DNA of 64,000 nt from the human T2T-CHM13v2.0 reference genome, Homo sapiens. Position 1 is the first letter of the stretch; the number at the start of each line of letters is the position of its first letter. Where the stretch lies: NCBI RefSeq assembly GCF_009914755.1, contig NC_060928.1, one strand, 5' to 3'. The notes below the pieces were generated by a model. It had not been told where the DNA came from and did no database searches. It saw only the letters and a program-made list of their open reading frames with translations. The position numbers and the translations under genes are program-made. Shown here piece by piece: positions 43,515-56,882 of this stretch.

Positions 43515-44270
43515 CACAAGCGAAGAACCCAAACACCCATTATTTAGAGAATGGAAAAGCAAATTGTGGCACTATCAGGATACAGGATACTACTCAACAA
43601 TGAAAAGAAACAAATGATTGATGCACGCAATGTGCAGTATTGTGGATTAAACTAAGTGCAAGAAGCCCAGACTCAAAAGGTTACAAACTCTATAATTTTA
43701 TTTATATAGGGCATTCTAGAGAAAATAAAACCAAAGGGACAAATGAGTAGTTGCCAAGACTAGGAGCTGGGGAAGGGATTGACTGCAAGGAGATGAGGGG
43801 ATTTTTGAAGGTTTTAGAGATGTGTATATTTTGATTATGGTCATGATTATATGATTATATACACTTTTCAAAACTCATCAAGTTGAGGCTGGGAGCAGTG
43901 GCTCATGCCTGCCTGTAATCCCAACACTTTGCAAGGCTGAGGCGGGTGGATTGCTTGAGGCCAGGAGTTTGAGACCAGCCTGGGCAAAATGGCAAAACCC
44001 TGTCTCTACTAAAAATTCAAAAATTAGCCGGGCATAGTGGTGCGCAGCTATAATCCTAGCTACTTGGGAGGCTGAGGTATGAGAATCGCCTGAACCCAGG
44101 AGATGGGGGTTGCAGTGAGCCAAGCTTGCCCCTCTGCCCTCCAGCCTGAGTGACAGTGCCAGACTGTCTCAAAAACAAACAAACAAATGTCAAAAAAAAA
44201 ACTCATCAAGTTGTGTGATTACAAAGAATGAATTTTTTTATATATGCATTATATATTAACACACCTGACT
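43515..44270 (+). mobile_element. L1ME-type 3' region interrupted by an Alu
   Basis: gatactactcaacaatgaaaagaaac, aagcccagactcaaaagg, gggattgactgcaagg; resumes after the Alu. Confidence 0.7.
43887..44197 (+). mobile_element. Alu (AluJ-like)
   Basis: ggattgcttgaggccaggagtttgagacc; 16-bp TSD AAAACTCATCAAGTTG at 43870-43885 and 44198-44213. Confidence 0.95.
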
Positions 44271-44374
44271 CTTTAAAAGTTTAATACATGCTTTATACTT
44301 TTTATCTCAACTTTCAAGGTTAGACCAGGAGAAACATATTTTTTAAATGTCTGCAAAAGTATCCTCCCTTCTGT

Positions 44375-44560
44375 GCCACTGTAAGGGGTGGTCAGCAGAG
44401 CAGCAGCAGCAGCAGCTCTGGGAGCTATTTAGAAACACTCTTTTGCCCCCTTCTCCACCTTCCCTTTGCAGACCTTTTGAATCAGGATGTCTAGTTGTGG
44501 AGCCTAGGAATCTGTGTGCTAACAAGCTCCTTGGGTCATGCCAAAGTTTTAAAAGCAATG
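44375..44560. mobile_element. MER5A-type MITE with a short (CAG)n run
   Basis: gcagcagc...ctgggagctatttagaaa...gaatcagg...gcctaggaatctgtgtgctaacaagctcc. Confidence 0.65.
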
Positions 44561-45419
44561 ATGGTTTATAAGAAAATACAAATCATGATTATTTTTCCAG
44601 CAATAAACATATACTTCACTTATAGTAAATTTAAATCTGATATGGTTATTTCCCCCCACATTCCTATTTACAATACCATTTTCATTTTCACATTGTAACA
44701 TTCTACTGTCATGTTAACTACCTTTTAAACAATTTAAGTTGTAATTTGAGCTTGTGCTATATTACCAATGCATTAGTAACACTCGTACAAATCAAAGCAA
44801 GGAAGTTTCCAACTTCTCTGCCAAAGGATTGAGAAAGGCGTCTTCTGATCTTAGATTAATTTTACAAATACTAAAATTTTAAAAATAAAATGTTAACTGG
44901 TCTTAGATTTGTGAACATGAAGGCATATCTCTTAAAATTTCCTTATCTAGGTTAAGATGAAATAATTACCAACTCTGAAGAAAAGGCTAAAATAAGACAG
45001 ATAATGTAAGATATATGTGTGTTGTGTTGGGAAATAAAAGGCACAAATTTAACAGACATATTTTCACTTGCGTTGTGCCAGACTTGCTCAGAACATTAAT
45101 GTAAGCTTTGCCCATGGCTTGCTGAGTGGTCCATTCTCCTCTTGAGACTTAGAGAATGGAACAGTAACCTTGTGACCAGGGTCACTGCCATGCTCCCAGC
45201 CTTGTTGATGGATTTTAGAGGCAGCCTAAACTAATTCCATGAACAGTGAAAATGCATTTGGATTTAAATGTTTTATAGGCTGTCTGTCACTTACCTTCTG
45301 GAAGTTAGCTTTTACTCTGCTTCATTAAACCAACTTACAGTATTCACAACAGACTGGCATTCACAGAAACGAAGTCATACACTTATGAAATCCTTTATTT
45401 ATTCAAGTAGCTTGGAGAA

Positions 45420-45615
45420 TTACAAAGAGTATGAGCCTAAAAGTCAGTCAGACACAAATAGATACAATCTCAGCTCTGCCCTATCTGTGTGTATTGGGAC
45501 AACATACCTAACCTCCTCCAGGTTCTGTTTCCTCACCTATAAGGTAGGAATTAGAATAGCCTTGCAAGCATGGTCATTGTGAAAATTGACTGAGATAATA
45601 GGATAATTATTATTT
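45420..45615 (+). mobile_element. MIR SINE
   Basis: aatctcagctctgcc...ctaacctcctccaggttctgtttcctcacctataag. Confidence 0.7.
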
Positions 45616-45728
45616 TTTATTGTTTAATGAACATATCTTAAGAGTCTTATCTGCTTCAGGCACTGTATTCCCTAGGAAAAGGAAGGCACACAATTAAAAT
45701 AAGACATGATTTTCCCCCTGAGGAGTTC

Positions 45729-45934
45729 CATGGTTCTCAAAGTGGTTGGTAATCCCCTTCTAGGGATTCCTAAAACTGTGTGGAGATATTATTGGATGTT
45801 ACAAAGACTGGAGGTGCTATTGATACTTCATGTTCATGGATTCTAAAGATTCTAAAATGCATGGGACAGCCTGAGCAACAGCAAAATAATTATCCTACCC
45901 AAAATGCCAATAGCACCCCAATTGAGAAACACCG
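45729..45934 (+). mobile_element. MER20/MER112-type hAT-Charlie MITE
   Basis: catggttctcaaagtg...tgcatgggacagcc...aaaatgccaatagcaccccaattgagaaacaccg. Confidence 0.7.
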
Positions 45935-46269
45935 TAGTAGAGGAAGCTGAAATGAATCGACTATAATAATGGATAGAAAACAAAACAAATTTCATAATAG
46001 ATAGATGCAGTAAGCACATCATTAACAACATCATAACCATCATTGTAATAAGACAATAGTCCTTTACAAGACAGTTTGCATCATTTCATTTAATCCTTTG
46101 CAACAAACCATCAGGGAGTGCACTATATATCTGTGCTTCACAATTTTCATGTGTGTAAGAACCAAATGGGGATCTTGTTAAAATGAAGCATCTGATTCAA
46201 TAACTGTACTTTAAACAACTCATCAGGGGGCCACACTGAGTTGGCATGTTATGTATAATCGTAGGGAAC

Positions 46270-46755
46270 ACTGTTGGTATTGTGGCCAAACCCCCTGAGA
46301 CACCTGTTACCATTTTTGTGCTTTCTGCGCCCACCTCAACCCTGCGCAAGATTTACTTCCAACACCTGTACCTGTGATTCCCCTGGGCAGGCACTGTGGC
46401 TACTGGAGCTGCTTTGCCAAAATCCGATATAAAGTTGTAAATGCCTGGAAGTTTAGATCTCTCTAGGGAGAACTTGAGTTAATGACTAGCTGGTATGAGA
46501 GTATGAAACCTCAATTCCTTTGCCAAATCAGGACAAACTCTGAGGCATCACTTATCCAGAGTCCCCTGCAGAATTTAGTTCAAGCTACTGTCTTCTGGAC
46601 TATGCCTAAAATCATACCTTTACTTGCCCTTCTATTTCCCTGCCCTCCTTTCATTACTCCCACCACAGTTTCCTGTGGGAACACTTACTCAATAAATCAC
46701 TCGTATATAAAACATTATCTTAGTTTCTGCTTCTGGAGAAGCCTACTCTAATACA
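46270..46755 (+). mobile_element. LTR16-type ERVL solo LTR
   Basis: ggacaaactctgaggc...cagagtcccctgca...tcaataaatcact...ctgcttctggagaa...ctaataca. Confidence 0.7.
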
Positions 46756-47520
46756 TCCTCAATTTCTCTCTTTTCCTCAACTCACGCATCCTTTTGGTTC
46801 ACCTTCCAAATTACATCCCAAATCCACCCATTTATCACCAAATCCAGTGCTACACTCAGGTCAAAGCTTCCATAATTTTACCTGGACTCATGCAATTGCC
46901 TTTTGACAACCCCAATCCATTTTCTGCATTTTCCTGAGGGATCGTTTGAAAAGTAAATGATATTATGTCACTTTTATGCTTCAAATATTACCACTACTTC
47001 CTTTTGCTCTTAGAATAAACTCCAGACATCTTACTATATCTACAGTTGTTTACATTCTCAGGTCCCTACCTCCGTCTTTACTGACATCTGCTAACAAATC
47101 CTAGCTTTGCCCATTTTCCTTCAGCCGCACTGGTCTTTGTTTTTTCTTCCATGTGTATTTCACCTCAAAGACACTGTGATTCTGACTGTGCTGTTCTCTC
47201 AGATTTTCTCATCATTCATCTCAGTTCAAATGTTACTTTAAAAAAAGAAACCTACCTGACTACCCGATCTAACATAGAATCCCATATCCTCCAACACTTT
47301 CCATCATAAATTACTGCAGTTATTTTCTTCACAATATTTGTTATTATGTCACATTAACTTGTTTGCTTTTGTTTGTTACTGCTTACTTATTGACATGCTC
47401 TCAATGTTATTAGAATATGTTAATAAATTCTTGAGACCAGGGACCTTGTGAAATGTATCATCAATGTCTATAGTACCTTGATCATAACAGAAGCTTCATT
47501 AATATTTTTTAAATAAATGA
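46756..47520 (+). mobile_element. L2 3' region
   Basis: accttccaaattacatccca, cctggactca, tcttagaataaactccaga, tcagttcaaatgttac, aaataaatgaa tail. Confidence 0.7.
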
Positions 47521-47959
47521 AATATAAGTGATTCTCATTTAAGAGATGACAAAAATAAGGCTTTATATATTACTTGTCCACAGTCACACAAGGTCACTCA
47601 GTAGCCAGTGGTGGAGCTGGGACTCAGCTGAGCTCTTGGTCATGTGTTATACTTTTCCCCTGTTTCTGGAGTTTGTTCTGCTCAAGAACTCTGATCAAAT
47701 TCAGCCTCATTCAGCCTCACTGTTGACTCACAGACTTTCCCTTAGTATTTACACCACATAATGCTAGAATGGAACTTCTTAGGTTGATATTGAGGAAGGA
47801 GAAAAATAGGAAAGCTAAGTAAGATAAGTGGAGGAAGATAGAAAAAAGTGGTGGAGACAATAAGTTGGTTAAGGGGCTGTCGGGGAAAATAACTACTCTA
47901 GAGGATAGCAATCATTTATTTTAAAAAGCTTTATTAAGTGATGCAAATGATTCTGCTAT

Positions 47960-48120
47960 GGGTAATGAGATAAACACCCAGCAAGCCTAAAGCTTGCTAA
48001 TTACCCTGATCTAATCACTTACATTATGTACATTTCAGAACATCACTGCGTACTCTATGAACTCCATGAATATGTACAATTGTTATTTGTCAGCTAAGAA
48101 CTACATTAAAAATAAAGCAA
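47960..48120 (+). mobile_element. L1MA-type 3' terminal fragment
   Basis: gctaattaccctgatctaatcact...aatatgtacaattgttatttgtc. Confidence 0.7.
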
Positions 48121-51100
48121 TAAAGTATATGTTGAAAAAATTAATTATAATACAAAGAAAATTACAGACTAAGGTTACTATGTTACATAAAATTTATAAT
48201 TATAGACATCTTATGGATTTAGTTTGATAGTCTAGCTGTAGATGGCTGGGCATCAGGTAAATTGGCCCTGAATTCCTCTCATTGCCTCTTCATATGGATT
48301 TACAAAATGGTAAATGGAGGCATAAAATCCCTAAAGAAAACTACTTCCCTCTCCTTCTGCCTTTCTTTCATTCATCCATTTATTCATCCCTGTTCATTCA
48401 TTTAACAGCTATTTATAAAACATAGAGAGCGAGCAAGAGGGTGAGAGAGAATATTATTTTGTCTGGGATGTCAAGATAAGTTTCTTTGAAGAAGTTTAAA
48501 CTGAGCTCTGAAAGAAGACTAGGAATTAATTATTGCTACTACTTAGTGTATCTCTAGTATGCTAAATAGAAATCAAATAGAGAAGGAATGTTTTGGGCAG
48601 ATGGCAGGGGTGAAGGTCCTAAAAATGTAGGGCTCATGAAACATACCTTCTTTCTCTGTTTCATCTTGAAATCTCATCTCTAACAATAAATACAAGTAAC
48701 TTTCTTGAGGTTATTTTTCCCCAGAAGTATGTGGAAGAAATGCATATAATGTATATAGTATATATAATTGTGCATATTATTACATAAATTATGTAAGTAT
48801 GTATTATATCTAACATATCTGTAGAGACAGTTGTGGATGATTGCCATTGAAAGCTAACTTTCATTTGAGTAGTGCAGTTTCACATTAAACTGAACTTGGG
48901 CATGAATTTCAGAAAGAGTATAGAAAGGGTTAGGCCCTTTTTAGGCCCAACCTAAAATTTTAAAGCCTTTAATTGAAAAATTTATGACAGTTTCAGGTTA
49001 GTCATTTAGACTAATAAAGTTTAGCAACATCACATCATCTGTAATAAATTGTTGCTTATCATAAACCAAATTAGGGAAGAAAAGTTTAAGTCAAGAAAAT
49101 GTATATATAAAAGTAATGCTTATTTTATGGGAAAAGTAATGCATAGTAATGCATAGCTCAACATGGAAAGGTATGAAATGAAAAGTAAGAGGAATGACTC
49201 AGTGTGTTACAGAAAAGGGAAGATAAGTTTGTGATAATATGGAGGCAGAACCGAAGTTTCAGAAACAGAGGCTAAGAATTTTACTCCCCAGCTCTGTTAA
49301 CCTTCTAGATCACTGGCAAATGGAAAAAAGGATAGTGGATGGATCAGGCTTAATCGCAGAAAAGGTTTCATGATATTTGGATACAGAAAGGTTTTTTAAA
49401 GCTAATTTTAAATGAATTAAACATCAGAAGCAAATGAGAAACTGATGGTTGCTGGTTGGCCTTCCTCTGAGGTAAAAGGTCAAGTGATTGCTTGAAAGAT
49501 CATCTAACTTGGCCTATGAAATGGAATGTGTTCATTTTATTCAGAACTTATTCATGTGTCAAACTTTAGAGGATTGTATAAAGACATCGGCAAAACTCTT
49601 GAACTATCTGATACGTCTATTTCATATAAAATGCAAAAAATTGTGTAATTCACCCTTTCAAAGAACCATAATCATTTAGAAGGCAGTATGAGAAGCATTT
49701 CATTTAGCCTATCAAGGTGACCTAAGATAGTTAGTTTAGATGTGTAAGCATATGCTCTAGTATTTTGCACGATATGCTTTGAGTTCCATTATGAGCATTT
49801 CAGGTAGAAATTCATTTTTCAATCATTTTCTTCTCTTTTTAGACACATATATAATTTAATATAATTTTAGAGACCTCATTATATTATAATTTTGTCCTCT
49901 CTTCTCCACTTTTTAAATGTTACATCTTTCCTATTTGATTACAGTATATTAAAATAATAATGAGCTTGTCAGTCTTATGATTGACATATATAGAATGTCT
50001 TATTTTAGCTAGGTCGAAAAAATGAAACAATTCTAATAAAATATGTATGGTAAATATGATAGATAGACTTATTGCAGCAAAGGAAACTTGAAAATAGAAT
50101 TTATTTATTCATTACCTGTGTTTCCATGGCTACATCTCAGGCACACGACCACACCCACAGTAGCATTTATACCCATTCATATCACCCCTTTCCTGGTCAG
50201 AATATGGAGAGAGGGGTTGCCATATTGGGTCCTAAGATACAGCAACCTGCAGCACATGCTTTTACTAAATTGCAGCCTCTCACTTATTTTCTCAGGTCTG
50301 TATTATTGTACATATTTTAAAGAAGTGTGAGTCCTAAGGCAAAATTTAACTGCGAAATATATAAGTAGTACATCATTTCCCCCTAGAATGTAAGCTCCAC
50401 CAGGGCCCAGATCTTTATCAGTTTTGTTCCCTGAAGTATATCATGTACCTAGATCAGTGCTTAGCACCTCGTGGAATACACAGGAGAGAGACAGAGAGAA
50501 AGAGAGAATATATAAATTACATATCAGGCTGACCTGCTATTCCAAGGCAGGAATGTGTTCAGTTAACTTTGAGTTTTTATTGTTCTTTGCTACCTGTCAG
50601 ACTTTGCACATATCCCATTATCTTTCATCACTAGGCCCCTATTGTACAACTCTTTTAAAGTATCTTGAGTAAGATTAGAATTTTGAGGTACCTTTTCTTA
50701 TTTCCCTGCTATTTAAAACAAGAGACAGAAAACTAGCACTAATGGAGTGTCCATCATGTGTCTGGCACAGTGCTATACATGTTAATGTATATCATCTTTT
50801 TAAACAAAGAAGACTGAAATTGGTCTAATGCAACATGACTGTATGCTGCCTTTATCTTCATCAGGGTGCTTTCAATAATTTGGACAGCTGCAAATGAGAT
50901 TGCTACTGGATAGCTGTGAATCAATTTAATAATGCAGATTAACTTGAAACATGAGAGAGACATCTATGGGATTTTTTCTGCCAGATCCTCCTTAGTAAAG
51001 CATGGACTATCTATTAATATTGCTGCTGCTGGACTTTTTAATTCTATGAAGTATATCCAGATCCCCCTTTACATAATTTTTAAGGACTATGGTGCTAACA

Positions 51101-51249
51101 TTTTAGTATATCTCTAGTATGCTAATTGGGAATCATAGATATCCTTCTTAATAAAATCATGTTCTTTTGGGAGCTTTGCAACCTTCATGTAACCCTGGAC
51201 CACTGCAAATAGAGTTCCACATGTAGATAAAACATTGTTGAAATAATTT

Positions 51250-51432
51250 ATGAGTTGGAACCTAATACAAATGGATTCAAATTCCAACTCCACAACTTAT
51301 TAGCTAAACTTAGATTCCTGAGACTTAGTTTATTTGTAAAACAGGAAATTATTTCAGCACTGTTGTAAGAATTAGAGAAATCATGGGCAATAATTGAAGG
51401 GTAGATACTCAATAAGGATGCTATAATCATTG
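51250..51432 (+). mobile_element. MIR SINE
   Basis: ggattcaaattccaactccacaacttattagct...cttagtttatttgtaaaacagg. Confidence 0.65.
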
Positions 51433-51794
51433 ATAGAGGGTAGAGATAGGAAATAGTAATATTTTACCTTTACATTTGTATTTTCCATTTCAACATATGT
51501 TCAGAATAAAGGTTTGGGATTGTGACTTAAATTCACAGTCCCTATTCAATGCCCATCTTTCCTCCAAGGCACAAATTGAATTGTACTTCCTCCAGCTATG
51601 CCTATCTCACATTGATCTCTTCCAGTATCATTTATCTTTCCTGTAGTGAAAATTGCTTGCAAACACATGCCAGAAAGCCTGTGTTAAATATGAAATTTTT
51701 GCTTCCTTCATTATATGACTTTGGGCAAGTCAGTTTACATTTCCAAGGTTCAATTTCCATCTTATTAAAATGGCTGTGGAATTGTACTGAATAT

Positions 51795-52149
51795 TGTATT
51801 AGTCTGTTTTCATACTACTGATAAAGACACCCAAGACTGGGCAATTGACAAAAGAAAGAGGTTTAATTGGACTTACAGTTCCATGTGGCTGCAGAAGGCT
51901 CACAATCATGGCAGAAGGCAAGGAGAAGCAACTCATGTCTTACCTGGTTGGCAGCAGGCAGAGAGAGAGAGCTTGTGCAGGGGAACTCCTCTTTTTAAAA
52001 CCTTCAGATCTTGTGAGACTTATTCACTATCACAAGAACAACACAGGAAAGACTTGCCTCCATGATTCAATTACCTCCCACCAGGTCCCTCCCACAACAT
52101 GTGGGAATTCGAGATAAGATTTTGGTGGGGACACAGCCAAACCATATCA
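51795..52149 (-). mobile_element. THE1B-type MaLR solo LTR inserted in a MIR
   Basis: tgtattagtctgttttcatactactgataaagac...gggacacagccaaaccatatca; 5-bp TSD AATAT at 51790-51794 and 52150-52154. Confidence 0.93.
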
Positions 52150-52207
52150 AATATTAAGTAAGATAACGAATAAAAGATATTCAAAAACTTTATAGTGCTT
52201 TATAAGT

Positions 52208-52648
52208 TGTCTCAGTTATCTGTGGCTGTGTAATAAATCACAAAAAGTTGGTGAGCTAACACAATAAGGGTTATTTCTCAACTCTATAAAGTCTAGGATC
52301 AGCTGGGTAGCTCTTCTGCTCAAAATGGTGTCCAAGGATGGCTTCTTCACTCACTCGTCTGGTGCCTTAACTGACCTGGCTAGAATAACTGATTCTAGCT
52401 GGGCATCTCTATTACCATATGTTTTCTCTGGCAGCATAGCCAGAACATTTTACATAGTGGTTCAGGGATCTTAGGAGAGCCTATTCCAAGAGAAACTCAA
52501 GTCTTACCTTGTATTATGCTTGTTAATGTTTTATTGGCCAGAGCAAATCACAGGACTTATCCCACAGCCAATGTGTGAGGTGACAACACAGTCACATGGA
52601 TCCCAGGAGGTGTAGTTCATTTGGGGCCACCAATGTAACAGTCTACAC
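52208..52648 (-). mobile_element. MLT1H/I-type MaLR LTR
   Basis: tgtctcagttatctgtggctgtgtaataaatcac...gatggcttcttcactcac...ggggccaccaatgtaacagtctacaca. Confidence 0.75.
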
Positions 52649-52879
52649 ACAAATGTAAGCAGTAATTGACATTCCCATTTCATTTCTATTACTTTGCTAT
52701 ACCACATATTTTGGCATTTGTTTTGCCTCCATAGTCTTCTTCATTGGTTCACGTGTGTACTCCTTGTTTCAAGATGATAAATTTTCTAGTGGCAAGGACT
52801 CTGTTCTAACATCATGTTACCTTGATTCTAACATCAAAGCTAATATTTAATGATATATTGGAATATGTAGGCTTTGATG

Positions 52880-53092
52880 GTTTTGTAGAAGCCGAATCCT
52901 TCCCATATCTGCCACTTAACAGCCATTGTGGCCCTGAGCAAGTATTTGACCTCTTTGAGCCTCAGTTTTCCCATTTGCAAAATGAGGATAATAATGGTTT
53001 CTTCCTTCACATGATTGTTATAAAAATTAAATTAGTTAATAATATGAGAAAAGAATAGTGCAGGTCCAGAATAAATTTTAAATGTTAGTGTT
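52880..53092 (+). mobile_element. MIR SINE
   Basis: ctgccacttaacagc...tgagcaagtatttgacctctttgagcctcagttttcccatttgcaaaatgaggataataat. Confidence 0.85.
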
Positions 53093-55756
53093 ATATTTTA
53101 CTGATATAAAGATAGCCTGATGTACTTGTTTAATTTGTATCTGATCTCTCATCCATGGGCCCCAGTTTAATACTTCATAAAGGAATAGATTTCTTGAGTA
53201 ATTCACACAGAAATATTTTACAGCCTCAAAATTTGGAGTATTTATATATAAAATAAATTCTATATTTTAGCACTGCATTCTCACAAGTTAGTGAAGGCCT
53301 TGATATTTTTGGGCATTGGTGTTTTTAATTCTAAAAGGAGGAAACTATTCTGGTTGTATTCCTAACCTTTTTGAGTTTGGGCAGTCTTATTTGGTAATCT
53401 GAGTTAAATACATTTTAAAATAGTTATGCTAAGATATTTTAATTGAGAAGCTTGTGATATTTATTGAAACTTCTATATAGAATTCACTTACCTGTAACAT
53501 CCTATGATATAAGGATATTTTGGTATTGCTTACATGTGAAAATGTTAAAGTGGATATAGGCACTCAATGATAGTCAAGTTATCCCTGCCACTATGCTACC
53601 CTTTAGAATTTAAGACCTCCTTTTGAGCAAGGAATGTTTCTGGCAGCATCAATAGCAATCAATTTTCTACTCACATTCTCTCTTTTCCACCCAGTGAATT
53701 TTACTGCCTTATGGGCAGCAACAGTTGTACCCTCTGATTGACTCCACTACTCTCCTCTTCACATCCAAAAACAAAATCCGCTGACAAAATAGCTTTGCTT
53801 TGGGAAGAGATTGAAGGGATTAGACCACAAAATGCTACTTTTTGGGGGTCAGGACAAGTAGAAGTTGAAATAGTCAATATATTTATTTTGCAAACACTAT
53901 TTTAATTAACTTTTGGTCATTTTAACAATAACTTCATAGATATTTAAAAACCTGATAAGTATCACTTTGCTTTTTTGCATTAGAAGCTATTAAATTATCT
54001 ATATATTTTTCAAATATAGAGAATATTGCCCACATGAAGTACATATTGCCCATATGTAGTTCACAACACTTTTTTGACGTTTTAGTGAGTCTGTGTTGCT
54101 GGTTCTTCGATACGTGTGCATTTCCTTTTATTTTTTTTCTCTTGATCCAAGAATTTTCTTTAAAGAGATATGCTTTCCAGAAGAAAAGGAACATAAAAGT
54201 ACATATGTGTTTTAGTGTTCAGAGTATATTCAGGTGATTCATATTGGTTGGGAGGGGCAGGAGATCAGGTAAAAAAGGGTGAAGAAAAGAAAGAGGACAC
54301 AGTTTTCCTGGAAATGGAAGGATGAAAAAGAAAAATGCTTGAACAAATATTGTTTCTGTTTTCTCATTGATCCAGGAAAAATAGTTTAGAAGTATATTCA
54401 AATTGCCTAGGTCCATGTTTTTAATATAACAGGAAAATTATACAAATCAAAAAATCATCTGCCTTTCCCCAAAAATGTGTGTTTTTTTACCCATTTGGTT
54501 TAATATAGACAAAGAGTCTGCCATTTCTTCCTTAATTAAGCATGTATTAAGTGTTTACACTCAAGCGTCATACAAAGCCCTCAAATATCTTAAAGCCCAG
54601 TGTGGCAGACAGAAATATGAAGGAATAAGGTCAAAGTACAATTATGGATTTCCTAATAAATGTCTGTGCTTTGTAAGAGGAGGGGGTGGGCATCAGGGAG
54701 TTGTCATGGAAACATTTATAGAAGAGAAAACACTTTTAAATGCAAAGGCAGCCACTAAAAAACCACAGTGATTGAAGGACCCTTCTAATTCAAAAATATA
54801 AAAAATAAAAGGGAAAGTGTAAGTAAACAAAAGAAGAAACAAGATGATAATTTTCCCCAAATTCAGTCAAGATTTAGGATATGAAGAAAGAGTATTGAAA
54901 ATACATTGTCATGCATGTATTAAATTCTGTTTGAAATTCTATCAGTAAATGTTTGCCAATTTTTTGGAGGAAAAGATTACATATTTTGGTGCATATTTAT
55001 TCATGGAACAAATGCTATGTGCCAGACCACAGGAGTTACTGGGAACAAAATGGTAGGGATAAAACTAGTCCTTGCCTTCATGGAGCTGAAAGTGAACATG
55101 AACCAAATGTTTCCCTCAAGTCTTCTGTACTCCCCTTTACAAAGTGAAATGGCACAGGCCTGAAGTGTTCTGTGCTTTATAAAGCGTGCAAGTAGTTTTG
55201 TCAGCTTTCTGGAAAAGGCCTAATATTATTAGGAAGCAAATTTGCATTTAATATCTACTTAACTCAGGTCATATTGTTTTCTGTTTTGACTTTAAAAAGA
55301 AAATGTGATGGGTAATAACAATAAAATGGGCACAATTATTTAGAAGAGGCGTGTTTGTGCCAAGAAAATTACAGAGGCAGAGTAAGATTTGCAAGGAGAT
55401 GGCATTTTTCTCATAATTGCTCTCTGGATGTGTGTGCAGCAGGTTTCATTTGAGGGTGGCCACTGTTGAGAACTTCTTTCACAGCAAAGTGCTGCTACAC
55501 CTAAAGTTTTATCTGCTCTTCCGTGGTTTCATCTTAGCTACCATAGCAACACTAACAGTGCTATTCCACCCTCCCATCAACATTCAGGAGAAGGCTTCTC
55601 TTGTCTGCACGGGATTGCGCTTACATCCACTTAGAGAGCATTCCCAATTCATCAGATGTATATCTTTTAGAAACGGTTTCCTGAGGAGAAAAATAGGTAT
55701 TTTGAGAGATGGTTATGATATTTTTAGCCCACTGAGCAATTTTGATAGCCTTATCA

Positions 55757-56315
<559 letters not shown>

Positions 56316-56806
56316 TCAGACATTCTTCCATAATAGTTTTTCCTATAATTTTATATCTGTATACTCATTGATTTCCTCTTTATGAAGGACTTCGTAGGAG
56401 CATTTCTGGAGAGCAATTAGAAAATGTCTTTCCACTAGCATAGTGATCCAAATCAATTTTTTTTTTATTCTTGACAGTCTGAAATAACTTCTTTCAGCTT
56501 CACAGCTCATTATTGGTTATGACATGTACATTTTTAGAATTGTTGCAAAATTTAGGAAATCCTCTATCAAGTTTATTTTGTATGTGAACTGTCAGATTTG
56601 GAAGAATATTTCACAGACTAGCTTTTGGCTCTGAACATTCCAAACCGTTTTTCTCCTCCACTACCCACACAGTTCCAGTGTCAAGCACCAGAGGACACGT
56701 TCATATCACAGTACAAAATCCAACTCTGGTACCTTTTGTCGGGAAGCTCAATATTGACAGCCCAATAGGTGATAGGAATATTCCAGTCCTGACAGCTGGT
56801 AACTGC

Positions 56807-56882
56807 AAAACTTTAGGTGATCTGCGGTCATTTCCACACAATTAACCATATAGGGAAATGACCCCAAATCACCTAAAGTTTT
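56807..56882. repeat. Near-perfect inverted repeat (hairpin), possibly an ancient MER133-like palindromic element
   Basis: Arms 56807-56835 and 56854-56882 are complementary at 27/29 positions around an 18-nt loop with central TTAA; family name is from recall only. Confidence 0.8.

Noticed and set aside
44394-44416. (CAG)n giving poly-Gln in ORF 44347-44571
   Set aside because: Short expansion within a MER5A-type element, with no exon context
53484-53782. Consensus minus-strand splice donor CAG|GTAAGT near 53491
   Set aside because: No convincing paired acceptor or coding frame; isolated donors are frequent by chance
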